Assembly (NCBI RefSeq): GCF_009914755.1 | Contig: NC_060931.1 | Reading direction: 5' to 3' (one strand) | DNA: 64,000 nucleotides | Origin: the human T2T-CHM13v2.0 reference genome, Homo sapiens | Shown: positions 1-10,984 of the stretch, piece after piece | Position numbering within the stretch: the first letter of the stretch is position 1 | How the letters are laid out: each line of letters starts with the position of its first letter | Position numbers and translations under genes: made by a program | The notes under the pieces: model-generated | Seen by the model: the letters and a program-made list of their open reading frames with translations, nothing else | What the model was told of the DNA's origin: nothing | The model's database searches: none

Positions 1-728
1 AGCCATTTTAGATGCTTTTATATGAAACAAAATTCTACTATAACTGTTGTTAATGCAGGACATACAGAGCATGCGACATAAGGGGGACGGGCATGCGCTG
101 GTGTGCGTGCCCACCGTGTGCCCGCCGCGCACCCACGTATGTGTAACTCACCTCTGGAAGAGCCCAACAGCCACCTCCATGGAGGGTTCCAGATGGCAAC
201 ACGACAGCAGTGGGAAGGAAAATCCTTTTTTGCTCTATATTTTTTATAATTTTTGAATTTCTTTTTACATGTGCATATGTGACTAAGAAAAGGCCCTCAA
301 AATATAAACTATGGGTTTCTTTTTATATATACATAAAGAAATGGATCCTTTGGTATCTCTGGTAGAAGGAACTTTTGAATTCTGATTGGGCAGGGGACTC
401 TGGGCTGATACAGTCTAATCAAACCATTGTCCCACGGTGGGGGTGGGGAGGGTAGAGAAAAGAAACCCAGGACTGTGTTATAGTAAAGTGTCCCATTGGC
501 ACCGCTATTCCACGGAATGGCAGGGGCTCGCGACCAATCAAGGTGATTTTAGCTGCTCTTACTCACTTCAGGAGAATAACAAACAACTCAGCTTCAGTTC
601 TACCCCTTTCTGGCCTATATTTTCTATAAATTTAGGGCAGGTCTCTGAGTGATGGCCGTGCCTTGCACAGAATTTTCTCTGTGGTGGGACAGGCTATATT
701 TTTTGTAGCATCTCCCTTTGCTCCTCCA

Positions 729-935
729 ATGTCTGCCTCTCAAACCAAATAAATTCCTTTTTTATTGAGAAAACTTTTGCTGCAACCTACCCTGTGGTCC
801 CCGTTAGGGAGCTTTTCTCCATTTAATTTTCAGATGTCTGCCTCTTAAACCAAAGACATTTTCAGTGTTTTGGGAAGAACAGCCACTGTGGCTTACCTGG
901 TTACCGTCCCTTAGGAAGACTGTTTTTAATCTTTT
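729..935. repeat. Diverged ~105-bp tandem duplication (2 copies)
   Basis: ATGTCTGCCTCT(C/T)AAACCAAA at 729 and 834, followed by weaker collinear similarity (CTACC..CCGTTAGGGAG vs TTACC..CCCTTAGGAAG; TTTAAT). Confidence 0.6.
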
Positions 936-1117
936 GCTTCTTAGTCTCAAACGAGGCAACAGATGAATTCGAAATTACACCAAAAATAAAACACTTATAG
1001 ATGCTTTCTTGTTTGTTTTAAGGTAGCTGTGAAAACCACTAAAAACATGGGTAACTTTAAGCCTTCTTAATGGGACTTAAATGTTCATGGTGGGAAAGGA
1101 TAAAACTAGAAATTACG

Positions 1118-1453
<336 letters not shown>

Positions 1454-1570
1454 TCATCATCTAGTGAACCCAGGGAACAGAGAAATGCCACAGGGGCAGG
1501 TGTGGCTTGGAGAGGCATGGCAGTTGGAAGCAGCTTGAGATTGGCATTTCCCTTTGGGCACAGTGTCAGG

Positions 1571-1640
1571 AGACCCAGGTTCGGGGCCAAGCTCTGCCTC
1601 TCACTAACTGTGCCTTGGAACAAGTTGCTCAGACCCATCT
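1571..1640 (+). mobile_element. MIR fragment
   Basis: GACCCAGGTTC..AGCTCTGCCTCTCACTAACTGTGCCTTGGAACAAGTT resembles the MIR B-box/core region. Confidence 0.5.
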
Positions 1641-2369
1641 TTTCTTCTAGGTGTTTTGCCTTTATCTCTCCATTAAGCCAAGACACTAAAAAGCTGTCTC
1701 TTTTTTATCTCCCCTTGAAGAATTCTTTGGCCTGAAATCCCAGGGTCCTCTGTGGGTGCGGCCAGCCTCCACCCACCTGGCCGGCTGTAGAATGCTCATG
1801 AGGGCCTGGCTGCCGCCTGGCTGCACCCACCTTGTGTCCCCTTCTGAGCACTGAGATCCTCTTCAGTCACCTTTTCTTGACCTTGCAACTGGTGTGACTT
1901 TAGCTCAAAACAAAGATAAACTTTGGAAAATGTCACAACTCCTTTTTCATTTTCGCTCTTAGTACAATCAGAGCTGAACCTACAGCCCCGTCTTAAAAAT
2001 CACGTCAGATCTGACAGCACTTGCTTGCTTCCCTGCTGGCTTCTGGTCCTGTTGCAATTCTGCACATTTGTTCTCCACCAGACACGCTTACATGTGTGTG
2101 CACACATATGCATTTCTTAATGTCCGTTTAGTTTTTTAATTCATCATTATATGTGTATTGTAATTGAATTGTGATAGGTCCTTTTTGGGAATATGTGGGG
2201 CTTAAATTACGTAAATCCATGAGGACACACTCCTGCCCCCAGTCCCATTCTCCAGTCAGATTCCATGTTGTAAAGGTGGAGTGGGGACCGTAGTGCCCAG
2301 TGTCCACATTAGAACCCTGCTGTTCCGTGACCCAGAACCAGGACAGGAGCCACCTGTGGTTCAGGTGAG

Positions 2370-2810
2370 GGCAAGAGTCCACGGAGCCCGGACAGGAGCG
2401 GCAGAGCAGGCCGCACCTCCCGGGCACCTTCCGGGGCTGAGCACCCGAATGCAAATGCGCACCCCCCTGTCTGTCGCGGGCGGCGGGCGGGGTCGGGGGG
2501 AGCAGATGCTGTCCTCTGACGAGGCGGCTGTTCTTGCTGAGTCTGAAGAATCCCTTCAAGAGCCAGTAATGAGAGGAGCTGAAGCTTGCGTTGATTACAG
2601 ACTGTATCAGAATGTCAACGACAAGGGCAGCACGTGGGAAGCGGCGCATTCCACCCACAGAGCCCGCAGGGAGCACAGAAGTGGAGCAGGGGGGGCTCTC
2701 CCCGAGGTCCCGGCCTCCCTGGATGGATGTGCCCCACCGCTGGCAGGGGGTGCTTGGGCGGCTTAAACGGCACAGGACAGGTCTGCATGGAGGCCCGGGC
2801 CTCGTGATGC
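2370..2810. promoter_or_regulatory. CpG/GC-rich candidate promoter or enhancer
   Basis: Local CpG enrichment; octamer ATGCAAAT 2449-2456; GC boxes and G4-type run 2478-2500; E-box CACGTG overlapping CGTGGGAA 2631-2640; CTCF-like motif 2737-2754. Motif evidence only. Confidence 0.45.
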
Positions 2811-3241
2811 CATTCTGGGGAGGGGGAGGGGCAGCCCCAAGACCTTGCAGGCGGACTTGGCCTGGAAGGTAGAGCCACCACCAGGACCCGTGCAGGGCTG
2901 CGGGGAACGGGGAAAGAAAACAGGTGTCCTCCCTGGAGAGGCTGCTTATGTGATAAAGTCAGGTCCCCAGAGCTTGGAGGGCCCTGCGGGAGCGTGTTCT
3001 GGGAGGGAGTCAAAGAGAACAGAAGAGATGGTTGGACAGAGGTGGGGGTCACAACAGGTGGAACTTCCAATGAGGGCAGCCATGGGACATGGGATGCGGC
3101 TTCTCTGTCTCCCCTGTGGCGTCTGTCCACTGTGACAACCTCTAGGTGACTCTCAAATTCAGTAGACGGAGGAGAAGCCACACATGTTGCCACCAGTTCT
3201 GACTTGCTGCGTGGGATCTTTCTCCCTGCTCTAGGATGCAG

Positions 3242-3960
3242 AATGCTAATGCTAATCACATGCTGCTGCTGATACTGATACCAATAGCAACACTAACGCC
3301 AATAGTACCACCAACGCCAGTGCTAATGCTAGTACTAATGTAAGTAGTAATGCTGACGCTAAGAGTAACACTAATACCAATGCAAATGCTAATACTAACA
3401 CCAGCAGTAATGCCAATAGTAACATGGATACTAATGCTAATGCTAATACTGATACCAGTAGTAATGCAAATGCTAGATGCTGATAGTAGTACTAATGCTG
3501 ATACCAATAGTAACGCTAATGCTGGTAATATTATTAATGCTAGTGCTAATACTAATGTCAATGCTAATGCCGATACTAATGCTGATAGTAATACCAGATG
3601 TTAATGCTCATACTAGTAATAATGCTAACACTAATGATAATGCTAATAACAACACACACTAATGCTAATTCTAATACTATGATTATATAGGTAGTGATGC
3701 TAATGCTAATAGTAACACTAATGCTGGTGCTAATGCTAATACCGACAGTAATGCTAATAGTAACACTAGTAATAATGCTAATGCTAATATCACTAGTAAT
3801 ACTCATGCTAATAGGAACATTGATACTAATGCTAATACCAAGAGTAAAGTAATGCTAACGCTAGTAATAATCTTAATGCGAATGCCAATGGTAATGCTGA
3901 TGCTAATACTAACAGTGCTAACGCTCATGGTACCACTAACACGAACGCCTGTGCTAACGC
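3242..3960. repeat. Degenerate (AATGCT)n / trinucleotide-phased low-complexity repeat
   Basis: ~720 bp built from AAT, GCT, ACT, AGT and GAT triplets; source of the Ile/Ser-rich and Asn/Ala-rich ORFs. Confidence 0.9.
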
Positions 3961-4085
3961 TCCCATGGCAGATGTGCTGGGCACTGTTTTGTGTGCTTTA
4001 CAAGTACGAAACCCTTTAATCTCCATAACAACCCTATGGGGTTATCAGCCCCACTTTATAGTTGAGCAAAGTGGTAAGGCTGGGA
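3961..4085 (-). mobile_element. MIR fragment
   Basis: GTGCTGGGCACTGTTTTGTGTGCTTTACA..TTTAATCTCCATAACAACCCTATG..CCCCACTTTATAGTTGAG matches the reverse complement of the MIR 3' half. Confidence 0.75.
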
Positions 4086-4274
4086 GCACACACCCAATGA
4101 GTGGACTCCACATGTTACCCCCATCTTATTGGTTACAGACCCTGAATGGCATGGCTGCAGGAAATCAGACCCCAGTCCTAGGTGGGGAGGGGCCCTCACT
4201 GCTTTTACTGGACCTCTGCCCTGGAAATGCCCCCTGTCTCACGTGGTCACTGCAAGGAGAGCGAGCGGATCACA

Positions 4275-4418
4275 CTTCTGCGTTTATTCAGCTGCAGTGT
4301 GGAAAGGGACCTACCAGGCTACATAGTGGACAGCATCCTAGCAGACTGCGCTTGTGCATTTATTCAGCCGCAATGCGGAAAGAGGCCTCCCAGGCTTTGT
4401 AGTGGACAGTGTCCTAGC
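4275..4418. repeat. 76-bp-period tandem duplication (2 diverged copies)
   Basis: 4275-4342 CTTCTGCGTTTATTCAGCTGCAGTGTGGAAAG..TAGTGGACAGCATCCTAGC vs 4351-4418 CTTGTGCATTTATTCAGCCGCAATGCGGAAAG..TAGTGGACAGTGTCCTAGC; ungapped alignment. Confidence 0.9.
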
Positions 4419-5028
4419 CAAGGGCCCCTCTTGGGCCAGGTCTGCCTCTTTCTGCTCCCTCCTTTTCAGGATGTGGCTTTTCTACTTTGGGCCTCAGTGG
4501 TGAACAGGGTCCAAGCCTTTCCTAATCTCATAAAAACCAGTGGCTGCATGTTGTGAGGGGACAAGCCACCAAAAGCCCCTCCCAGAAAGCATTTGGGCTT
4601 CTGCCCTGGCCAGCCTGCTATCGGCCCAGTGAATAGAGACTCACGTGGCCAAGCCACCCAGATGCTTATTCTGAAGACCCAACCCCTAAAAGACCAGTGA
4701 GTCTGGGTATCTTTGTGCACATAGATTATTGTAGCAAGTTCATCATTCAAATGGCTTTTTTTTTTCATGGACCTTACTTTACTTGCACTGTTGTTCAACA
4801 ACTTAATGCAGCAACAAACCAGACAAAGTGGTCATTTAGGGATGGAGTCTTTGCACGGACTTTGCTGAAAGTCCAGGCTGGTTCAGGTAGGATAACAGAG
4901 AACTGCAGCAGGGCAGTGAGGACAAGGGACCCTTCACTACCCTTTGAAATATTATCACCTTGACAACCACACATGTGAGACCAGCCCAGGGACCAACTGC
5001 CGCTTCCTCAAATGCATTCCCTACTTAC

Positions 5029-5191
5029 CTGCTACTGAATGCACCTGACCCTGTAGCACTAGAGCATTCCTAAAACGAATGCTTCAGAGACCATGACAAA
5101 ATGCACATTCCCTCTACAGGAGTGACATATGGAATGATTATCAACTTGGATGTTTGAGGATTGGCGGCATTAGCTCCACCACTGCAGAGTT
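5029..5191 (-). other. Candidate non-coding internal exon (163 nt)
   Basis: Minus-strand acceptor CTTTCTTGCCCTGTGTCCTACCCTTCAG| and perfect donor CAG|GTAAGT; all three frames contain stops. Confidence 0.35.
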
Positions 5192-5496
5192 CTGAAGGGT
5201 AGGACACAGGGCAAGAAAGTGCTGGCTGGGAGGAAGGAAGTGAAAGTGATGGAGAATATGGCAAACACCTTCAAGTCTATGGACCTATTCCTGATGGCTC
5301 TCCTGTTCCACAGGGAGCACTGTCATGCCTGATGCAGGGGGACCACGCTGGTTGGAGACGCTGAAATGGAAGGGGAGGGGGAAAAGAAGATCGTGCCCAC
5401 GTCAAACCCTCCAGGTGAAAAAACAAAGCAAATCTGAAACGCATTTTGCTTTTGGAGTAACAAAAAAGTAAATGGAGATGGTGTTCCTATTTTTGT

Positions 5497-5622
5497 CTTT
5501 ATTTTCTTTGACACAGGGTCTCGCTCTGTTGCCCAGGTCGGAGTGCCATGGTGTGATCCAGGTCACGGCAACCTCGACCTCCTGGACTCAATCAATCCTC
5601 CCGCCTCAGCCTCCTGGGTAGT
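5497..5622 (-). mobile_element. 5'-truncated AluJ right arm (or FRAM-like monomer)
   Basis: ACAGGGTCTCGCTCTGTTGCCCAGG..CTCGACCTCCTGGACTCAATCAATCCTCCCGCCTCAGCC; perfect 15-bp TSD TGTTCCTATTTTTGT at 5482-5496 and 5623-5637. Confidence 0.9.
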
Positions 5623-6676
5623 TGTTCCTATTTTTGTAACAAATCCCAACCGTCCCCGCCTGCTGTTCAAGGAGGATAAAAGAGAGAGGAGAGATGAGCA
5701 GCTCCATGGGCTCTGCTGATTGAGGCGCAGAGGATCGGTGCTGAGAGTGGCATGGGTTGAATAAGGGCAGTGTCCTCACCACCAGTTTGCATGCACTCTT
5801 TGTGCTGGACACAGCATAAAGTCTCGTCAGTTTGGGCAACTGGAAATCCTTATTAAGGAAGTGAGTCCCAAGCATCCTCAGTCGTCCCTCTAAGAACAGG
5901 GACAGCCTGGAAGAGCCTGGAAGCTGACGAGGCTGCAGCACAGCTCCCCTGAGCGTGCCCCGTGTGGGGCAGTTGTCTGCAGCGTTGACACCCGTCCCGT
6001 GCGGTGCACACTGCCCTGGAGCTGCCGGAGCCTCAGAGCCAGATTCTCGGCAGATGTTGGAGAGAGCAGGTGGCCTAGGGAGGCAGGCAATTTTAACATC
6101 ATCTCTCCCAGGCCAAGAGCTTTTGTCAACGTCCCTGAGAGCAGCATAGACATCAACCTTGATTCCCGAAGGTCCTTAATTGTCCCCGGCACTCAGGATT
6201 TCATCACCTGGATGTTCAGGCTGAGCAAGAACAAAAAAGGCAAAGGCGGTCGGGGATGTGGACCATTTCACCAAGGCCGGCCTCCACTTCAGCCCCAATT
6301 TCCAAACCCATGTCGGGGGCGACTTAGTTAACACCAACAAGGGGACGTGGGGCTATACAGTGAGACTGTGGATTCTGATGTGCCAGGGTTGAGTGAACTC
6401 CCCAACACACACACACACACACATGTCCATGCGTGCCAGGCTGCTGAAGAGGGGAGGTCTGCCCTCACCGGCTCAGCACCACTCCTGCCCGGGCACCAGG
6501 CTGCCAGGCCAGACCAAAGGAGGCATCACAGTCAGGGAGCTTGCAGGCATTTCTCACTAGAGCAGAAAGTGACAATCATCCTGAATCCTTCTATTGAAGA
6601 TTTCAATAGAACTGATCAAGATCACCACCGCATCTGTGCAACGCAGAGGCCTTCAAGAGAGCACGTGGCACTCTCA

Positions 6677-7495
6677 CTGTGTGGTGTGTGTGTGTGGGGG
6701 GGGGGGTGTGTGCATGCATGGTGCTTCGGTGTGGTGCATGTGGTATGTGGGGTGTATGTGGGATATGTGGTGTTTGAGGTAGTGTGTGTGTGTTTCATGT
6801 ACGGTGTGTGTGTGTTGTGTGTTTTTGTTTTGTGTGTGTTGTGTGTGGTGTGTTTTATGTGTTGAGGGCTACGCATTATGTGTGTTGTGTCTGCACGGTA
6901 TGTGCCTGCATGCATGGTGTGTGTTGTGTGTGTGCATGATAAGTGCCTGGTGTGTGTGTGTGCATGGTCTGTATTGTGTGTGTAGTGTGTGTTGTATGTG
7001 CTGTGTGTGTGCCTGGTGTGTGTTGTGTGCCTGGTGTGTGTTTTGTGTGCATAGTGTGTGTTGTGTGCCTTGTGTGTGTGTGCATGGTCTGTGTGTGCAC
7101 AGTGTGTGCACAGTGTGTGTACATGGTGTGTTGTGTGTTTGTGTGCACGGTCTGTGCTGTGTGCCTGGTGTAGGTTGTGTATGCTGTGTGTGTGTGCCGT
7201 GTGTGTGTGCATGGTCTGAGTTATGTGCCTGGTGTATATTGTGTGTACTGTGCGTGTGCCGTGTGTGTGTATGCATGGTCTGTGTTGCGTGCCTGGTGTG
7301 TGTTGTGTGCCTTGCGTGTGTGTGCTGTGTGTGTGCATGGTCTGAGTCATGTGCCTGGCGTGTGTTGTGTGCCGTGTGTGTGCATGAGCCATGTTGTGTG
7401 CATGAGGTGTGTTGTGTGTGTGCCCAGTGTGTTGTGTGCATGGTCTGTGTGAGGTGAGGTGCCGTGTGTGTGCGCTGTGTGAGCCAGGTGTGTGA
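6677..7495. repeat. Degenerate (TG)n-rich simple repeat with recurring sub-motifs
   Basis: ~820 bp TG-rich tract with repeated GTGCATGGTCTG and GTGCCTGGTGTGTGTTGTG modules; explains the Cys/Val-rich and His/Thr-rich ORFs. Confidence 0.95.
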
Positions 7496-7854
7496 CAGGC
7501 ACACCTGGTGAGGATGGGCAGGTGGTCGGCTTCCAGGTTGGGCCCTTGGAGCCCTTCCTGGAGGTCCGGGCAGGTGGAGCAGCCCCTGTGCAAGGAAAGC
7601 GGCAGGGCCTTACCCGGGAGCAGAAAGCCCTGGGCCATCTCTTCCCCTTCTTTGATTCTGCAGCAGCACAGTTTTTATGACCTGTGTTCCCTAAAAGTTT
7701 CTGCAGAAAAATATCACTGTTTCACTTTTCCTGAGGTAAAAGAGTTCATTTTAGGTAATAAATGCTGCCTCGCCTAATCCAAGGAAGCGATAGCGGCGAT
7801 GATACAGACAAGGTACTATTTTTCTCAGTCATGATTTAGGTCACAGCTTCCTCA

Positions 7855-7876
7855 GATTGGCTATTGCCATAGCAAC
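7855..7876. promoter_or_regulatory. RFX X-box abutting an inverted CCAAT box
   Basis: GATTGGCT (7855-7862) immediately followed by ATTGCCATAGCAAC (7863-7876), 12/14 to the palindromic X-box GTTGCCATGGCAAC. Confidence 0.45.
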
Positions 7877-8974
7877 CAGAGCTTTTGCCTTTGTGCGGGG
7901 ACTTGTAATACTATTCCTCAAGGTAAAGGCAACATCCAGAATCCTACAAAAGATGCCTACCTGACACCCAGGACACACCACCCCTGCACATACACCCCGC
8001 AAAAAGGAAAGTCAGCATCATCTCATTTGTTTAAGAACCCACTTCATCTTCTTAAAGATGGAAATGTTAGCAGCCATCTCTTTCCTGGAGGCCTTCTGGA
8101 ACTAAATATAACTAGTGTTCTGTAAGGTCTTGGAAAAATCAAATTAGTGGGAGATTATCAAGGCTCAGAACCCCCGCGTCTCCCGCAGTGCAGTGAGGTC
8201 ACCCAGCGAACGTGACGCTTGAGCCTCATGCTGCGCCCGCCTCCATGGTCCAGCCCTGAAGGCCTCCTGCGTTCTGCTGCTGGTGACAGAGTGCCCGTCC
8301 TTGTCAGGGCATGTCATATTTGTTGTCCAAAATGCACACTTTTGAGCTCTCTCTGCATTCAAAGAAATTATATTCCAGACGGCCCCGCAGTTGTCTGGTT
8401 CAGATCTGGACGGCTCCCTTGTCGTTCATTTGAAATGCACCCAAGGGTTAACTGAGCACAACACTGGCTGATAGAGGAGAACGGCTTCACCACCTACACC
8501 CCCCTCTGCCCACGTCCCCAGGAAGCCATGTCAGGGCAGACCAGGCACCTTCTCATTCTGAGGAGAGTGCATCTCAGCCCAAATATTGTGTTCCATTTAG
8601 AGAACACTGAACAGATTAACAGTGAAGCTTCTCCAAGAAACGGTGGACAGAGAGCACCTGGAGAGTCCCGGGCTGTGGCCACAGAATTGCGCCAGTGAAG
8701 CTGGCGGTTGACTTCAAATACCAGAGCATCTTACTTGGGGAAGGATTGGCCTCATTCATGTGATTCTAACCCAAGGTAACATTAGAAACATGCTAGGGTT
8801 TATCACATGCCAAGCATGCTGTGGGCTGTGTTGCGTGGGAGCCCTCATCACGGCCCTGCAGTAAAGACGCTTTATCTTTGTCTCTGTCTTTGAAGACTCT
8901 GAGAAGCAGGTAGATGAAGCACAGCACCAACTGGATGTAGCCACAGTCTCCAGAGGTCAGTCCTGAAGGCAGGT

Positions 8975-9493
8975 GTGCTAGGAGGCTTCTGAGCCAGCCC
9001 AAGAGTCCACCCCAGGTGTATACACCTTGTGTAGCCCCTCTTCCCCAGTGTGGGGAGGCCTGTGAACAGGCTAGGATGCCACTCCCAAGATCAGGTTATG
9101 TCTACAGTGAGGGTGAAGGGATTTTGAAGATGTAAATAAGGTCCCTATTCAGTTGACTTTCAGTTCAACCGTAGGGAGATGGCCCTAGGTGTGCCTGACC
9201 TACCCAGCAAGCCAGGCCTTCCCTAAAGGGGAGACAAGAAATCAGGTATTCTTCTCCCAGCCTTCTAGAAGCAAACTGCCATGAGTTCTGCATGAATTCT
9301 GCCAACAAACCTGTGAGCTTAGATGAGAATTTCAGCCCCAGCCTGCAGCCTTGATTGTGGCCCTTGAGAGACCCATGCAGAGGAGCTAGCCCACCTGACC
9401 CCAATCTCCTGACCCACAGAAGCATCATAAATGTGTTTTGCTTTCAGCTGCTGAGAGTGTGGTACTTTGTTAAGCTGTGATAGAAAACTAACA
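8975..9493 (+). mobile_element. MaLR solo LTR, MLT1E-like
   Basis: GGTGAAGGGATTTTGAAGATGTAAATAAGGTCCCTATTCAGTTGACTTT, TGAATTCTGCCAACAA, and terminal TAGAAAACTAACA. Confidence 0.85.
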
Positions 9494-9880
9494 CTTGTCT
9501 GATAGCCAAGTCCATGCTTTTATGGCTGAGGATAAACTGCCTTGCTCAGTGGGGAATTTTCAACAAATCGGGGTTGTCCTACGATGAACCCATCTGCATT
9601 GCCACACGTCAGTGAAAACAGCTAGGCAGAGGCTGAGAGACAATCTTTTGGAAGAATTTAGAATGAGGACGACTAAGTCACCTCCAGCGTCCTATTTAAT
9701 TCAGATTTTATGACACTTATGAGAAGTATAATAATGACAATTTATTGATTTGAGAAGCTTAAAATAAATGTATGGCTCTAACTGTTCCTATAATATTTAT
9801 ACACCAGAAGTCATTCTAAAACATGAAAGCTAAGCTAATGGAAAGCTTAGGAGATAGGTAAATAAATACACTTTAATGCT

Positions 9881-10070
9881 TGTATTAGTCAGTTCTGCTG
9901 CAGTAACCACAATCCCCATCCCAGGGGCTGGTCATAACCAGCCCTTATTCCCTGCATGTGTGGTGAGTTGGCTGCTGCACCTCTACCACAGGCCTTTTCA
10001 CTCAGGGATCCAACCTGGCAGGGAGCCACCTGGGGCAAGTGGTTCTCAGGACACAGGGAAAGAGCCAGAC
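9881..10070 (-). mobile_element. Old MaLR LTR fragment (MLT1J/K-like)
   Basis: Starts TGTATTAGTCAG..TGCTGCAGTAACCACAATCCC; CACTCAGGGATCCA..GGAGCCACC. Confidence 0.55.
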
Positions 10071-10900
10071 AGCCAAACTGGCACACCCCACACACACAGG
10101 CTGTGGGCCCAGTGGCTTGGGGAGATTATTTGACCTCCAGAAAAACTTTGCTGATCTCATGGGAATACACAATCCTCTAACATGGAGTAGAATAAAGTGG
10201 CTTGGGAACCACATGGCTGGAAAAAAAGTGTAGACAGGATTAAGTCATTGACTTAGTGAACACACTTTCCTAATATCATTTTAAATTTAATTATAAATAT
10301 TCCTATGCTGTCTGTCCATAATTCTCATTCATAACCTTTTCCATGGAATGAATTACTTTAGGGTTAATTTATAGTATTAAATTCCTACTTCTGCTTTTTA
10401 CTTACCTTTTACATTCCACAAGTTTTGAAAACTCCCAGGGATTCTCTACAACTTAGATATGGCCATATTGCTCATTTGAAAGTTTTAAGGACAAATATTC
10501 TATAATACCCTAATTTATTTAGAGGCCCATTATCCAGAAACCTCATCTACCTGCAATCACTGGGAAATGTCTCTCTAGGTTCACACACTGGGCTCAGAAG
10601 AGATGCTTTTGGAGGCCTTTTTTCAGACCCCAAAGAGCTTCATTTTGCTGAGGATTACAACAAGCTTTGTTATCTCATTTTCTACAACACAGCAGAATGA
10701 CAGGAATTTAGGAAAGAGGAAAGTGGGGCTTCTGGACACAGGGCAGGAAGCAGACCATCTCCTGACAGATTAACAGGAAGAGAAGAGAAAGAAAAACCAT
10801 CAAAGTAGGCTCAAGAACTCAAAAAGCAAAGTAGTCTGAGCTCCTTCGCTATGTGACAAAAGCCCTCACATGTCAGCAGCCCCTAAGGCTTGTATTGTAT

Positions 10901-10978
10901 CTCAGCAAACATTTATTGGGAACTTAGCCTGTGCCAGTTCTTAGCAACATGAAAAGGAAGAGCACAACAACCCCTGCT
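10901..10978 (-). mobile_element. L2 3'-end fragment
   Basis: CAGCAAACATTTATTGGGAACTTAGCCTGTGCCAG resembles the reverse complement of the L2 terminus. Confidence 0.6.
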
Positions 10979-10984
10979 ATCTGG

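Noticed and set aside
2449-2700. snRNA-type promoter (octamer as distal sequence element)
   Set aside because: No PSE or snRNA-like sequence recognised at the expected distance on either strand.
2128-3259. Overlapping 160-214-aa ORFs in the GC-rich patch
   Set aside because: Open on both strands, as expected in GC-rich DNA; no recognisable domain or consistent splice signals.
3256-3806. Signal-peptide-like hydrophobic ORFs (MTLVLALALII...)
   Set aside because: Products of the AATGCT low-complexity repeat.
5999-6331. + strand exon after CATCTCTCCCAG (6111) with an open frame
   Set aside because: No convincing donor and an unrecognised peptide; insufficient support.
6622-7638. His/Thr-rich 338-aa and Cys/Val-rich ORFs
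   Set aside because: Translations of the (TG/CA)n tract.
10400-10408. Perfect - strand donor AAG|GTAAGT (also CAG|GTAAGA at ~17535)
   Set aside because: No strong acceptor at exon distance; isolated donors are expected by chance in 64 kb.
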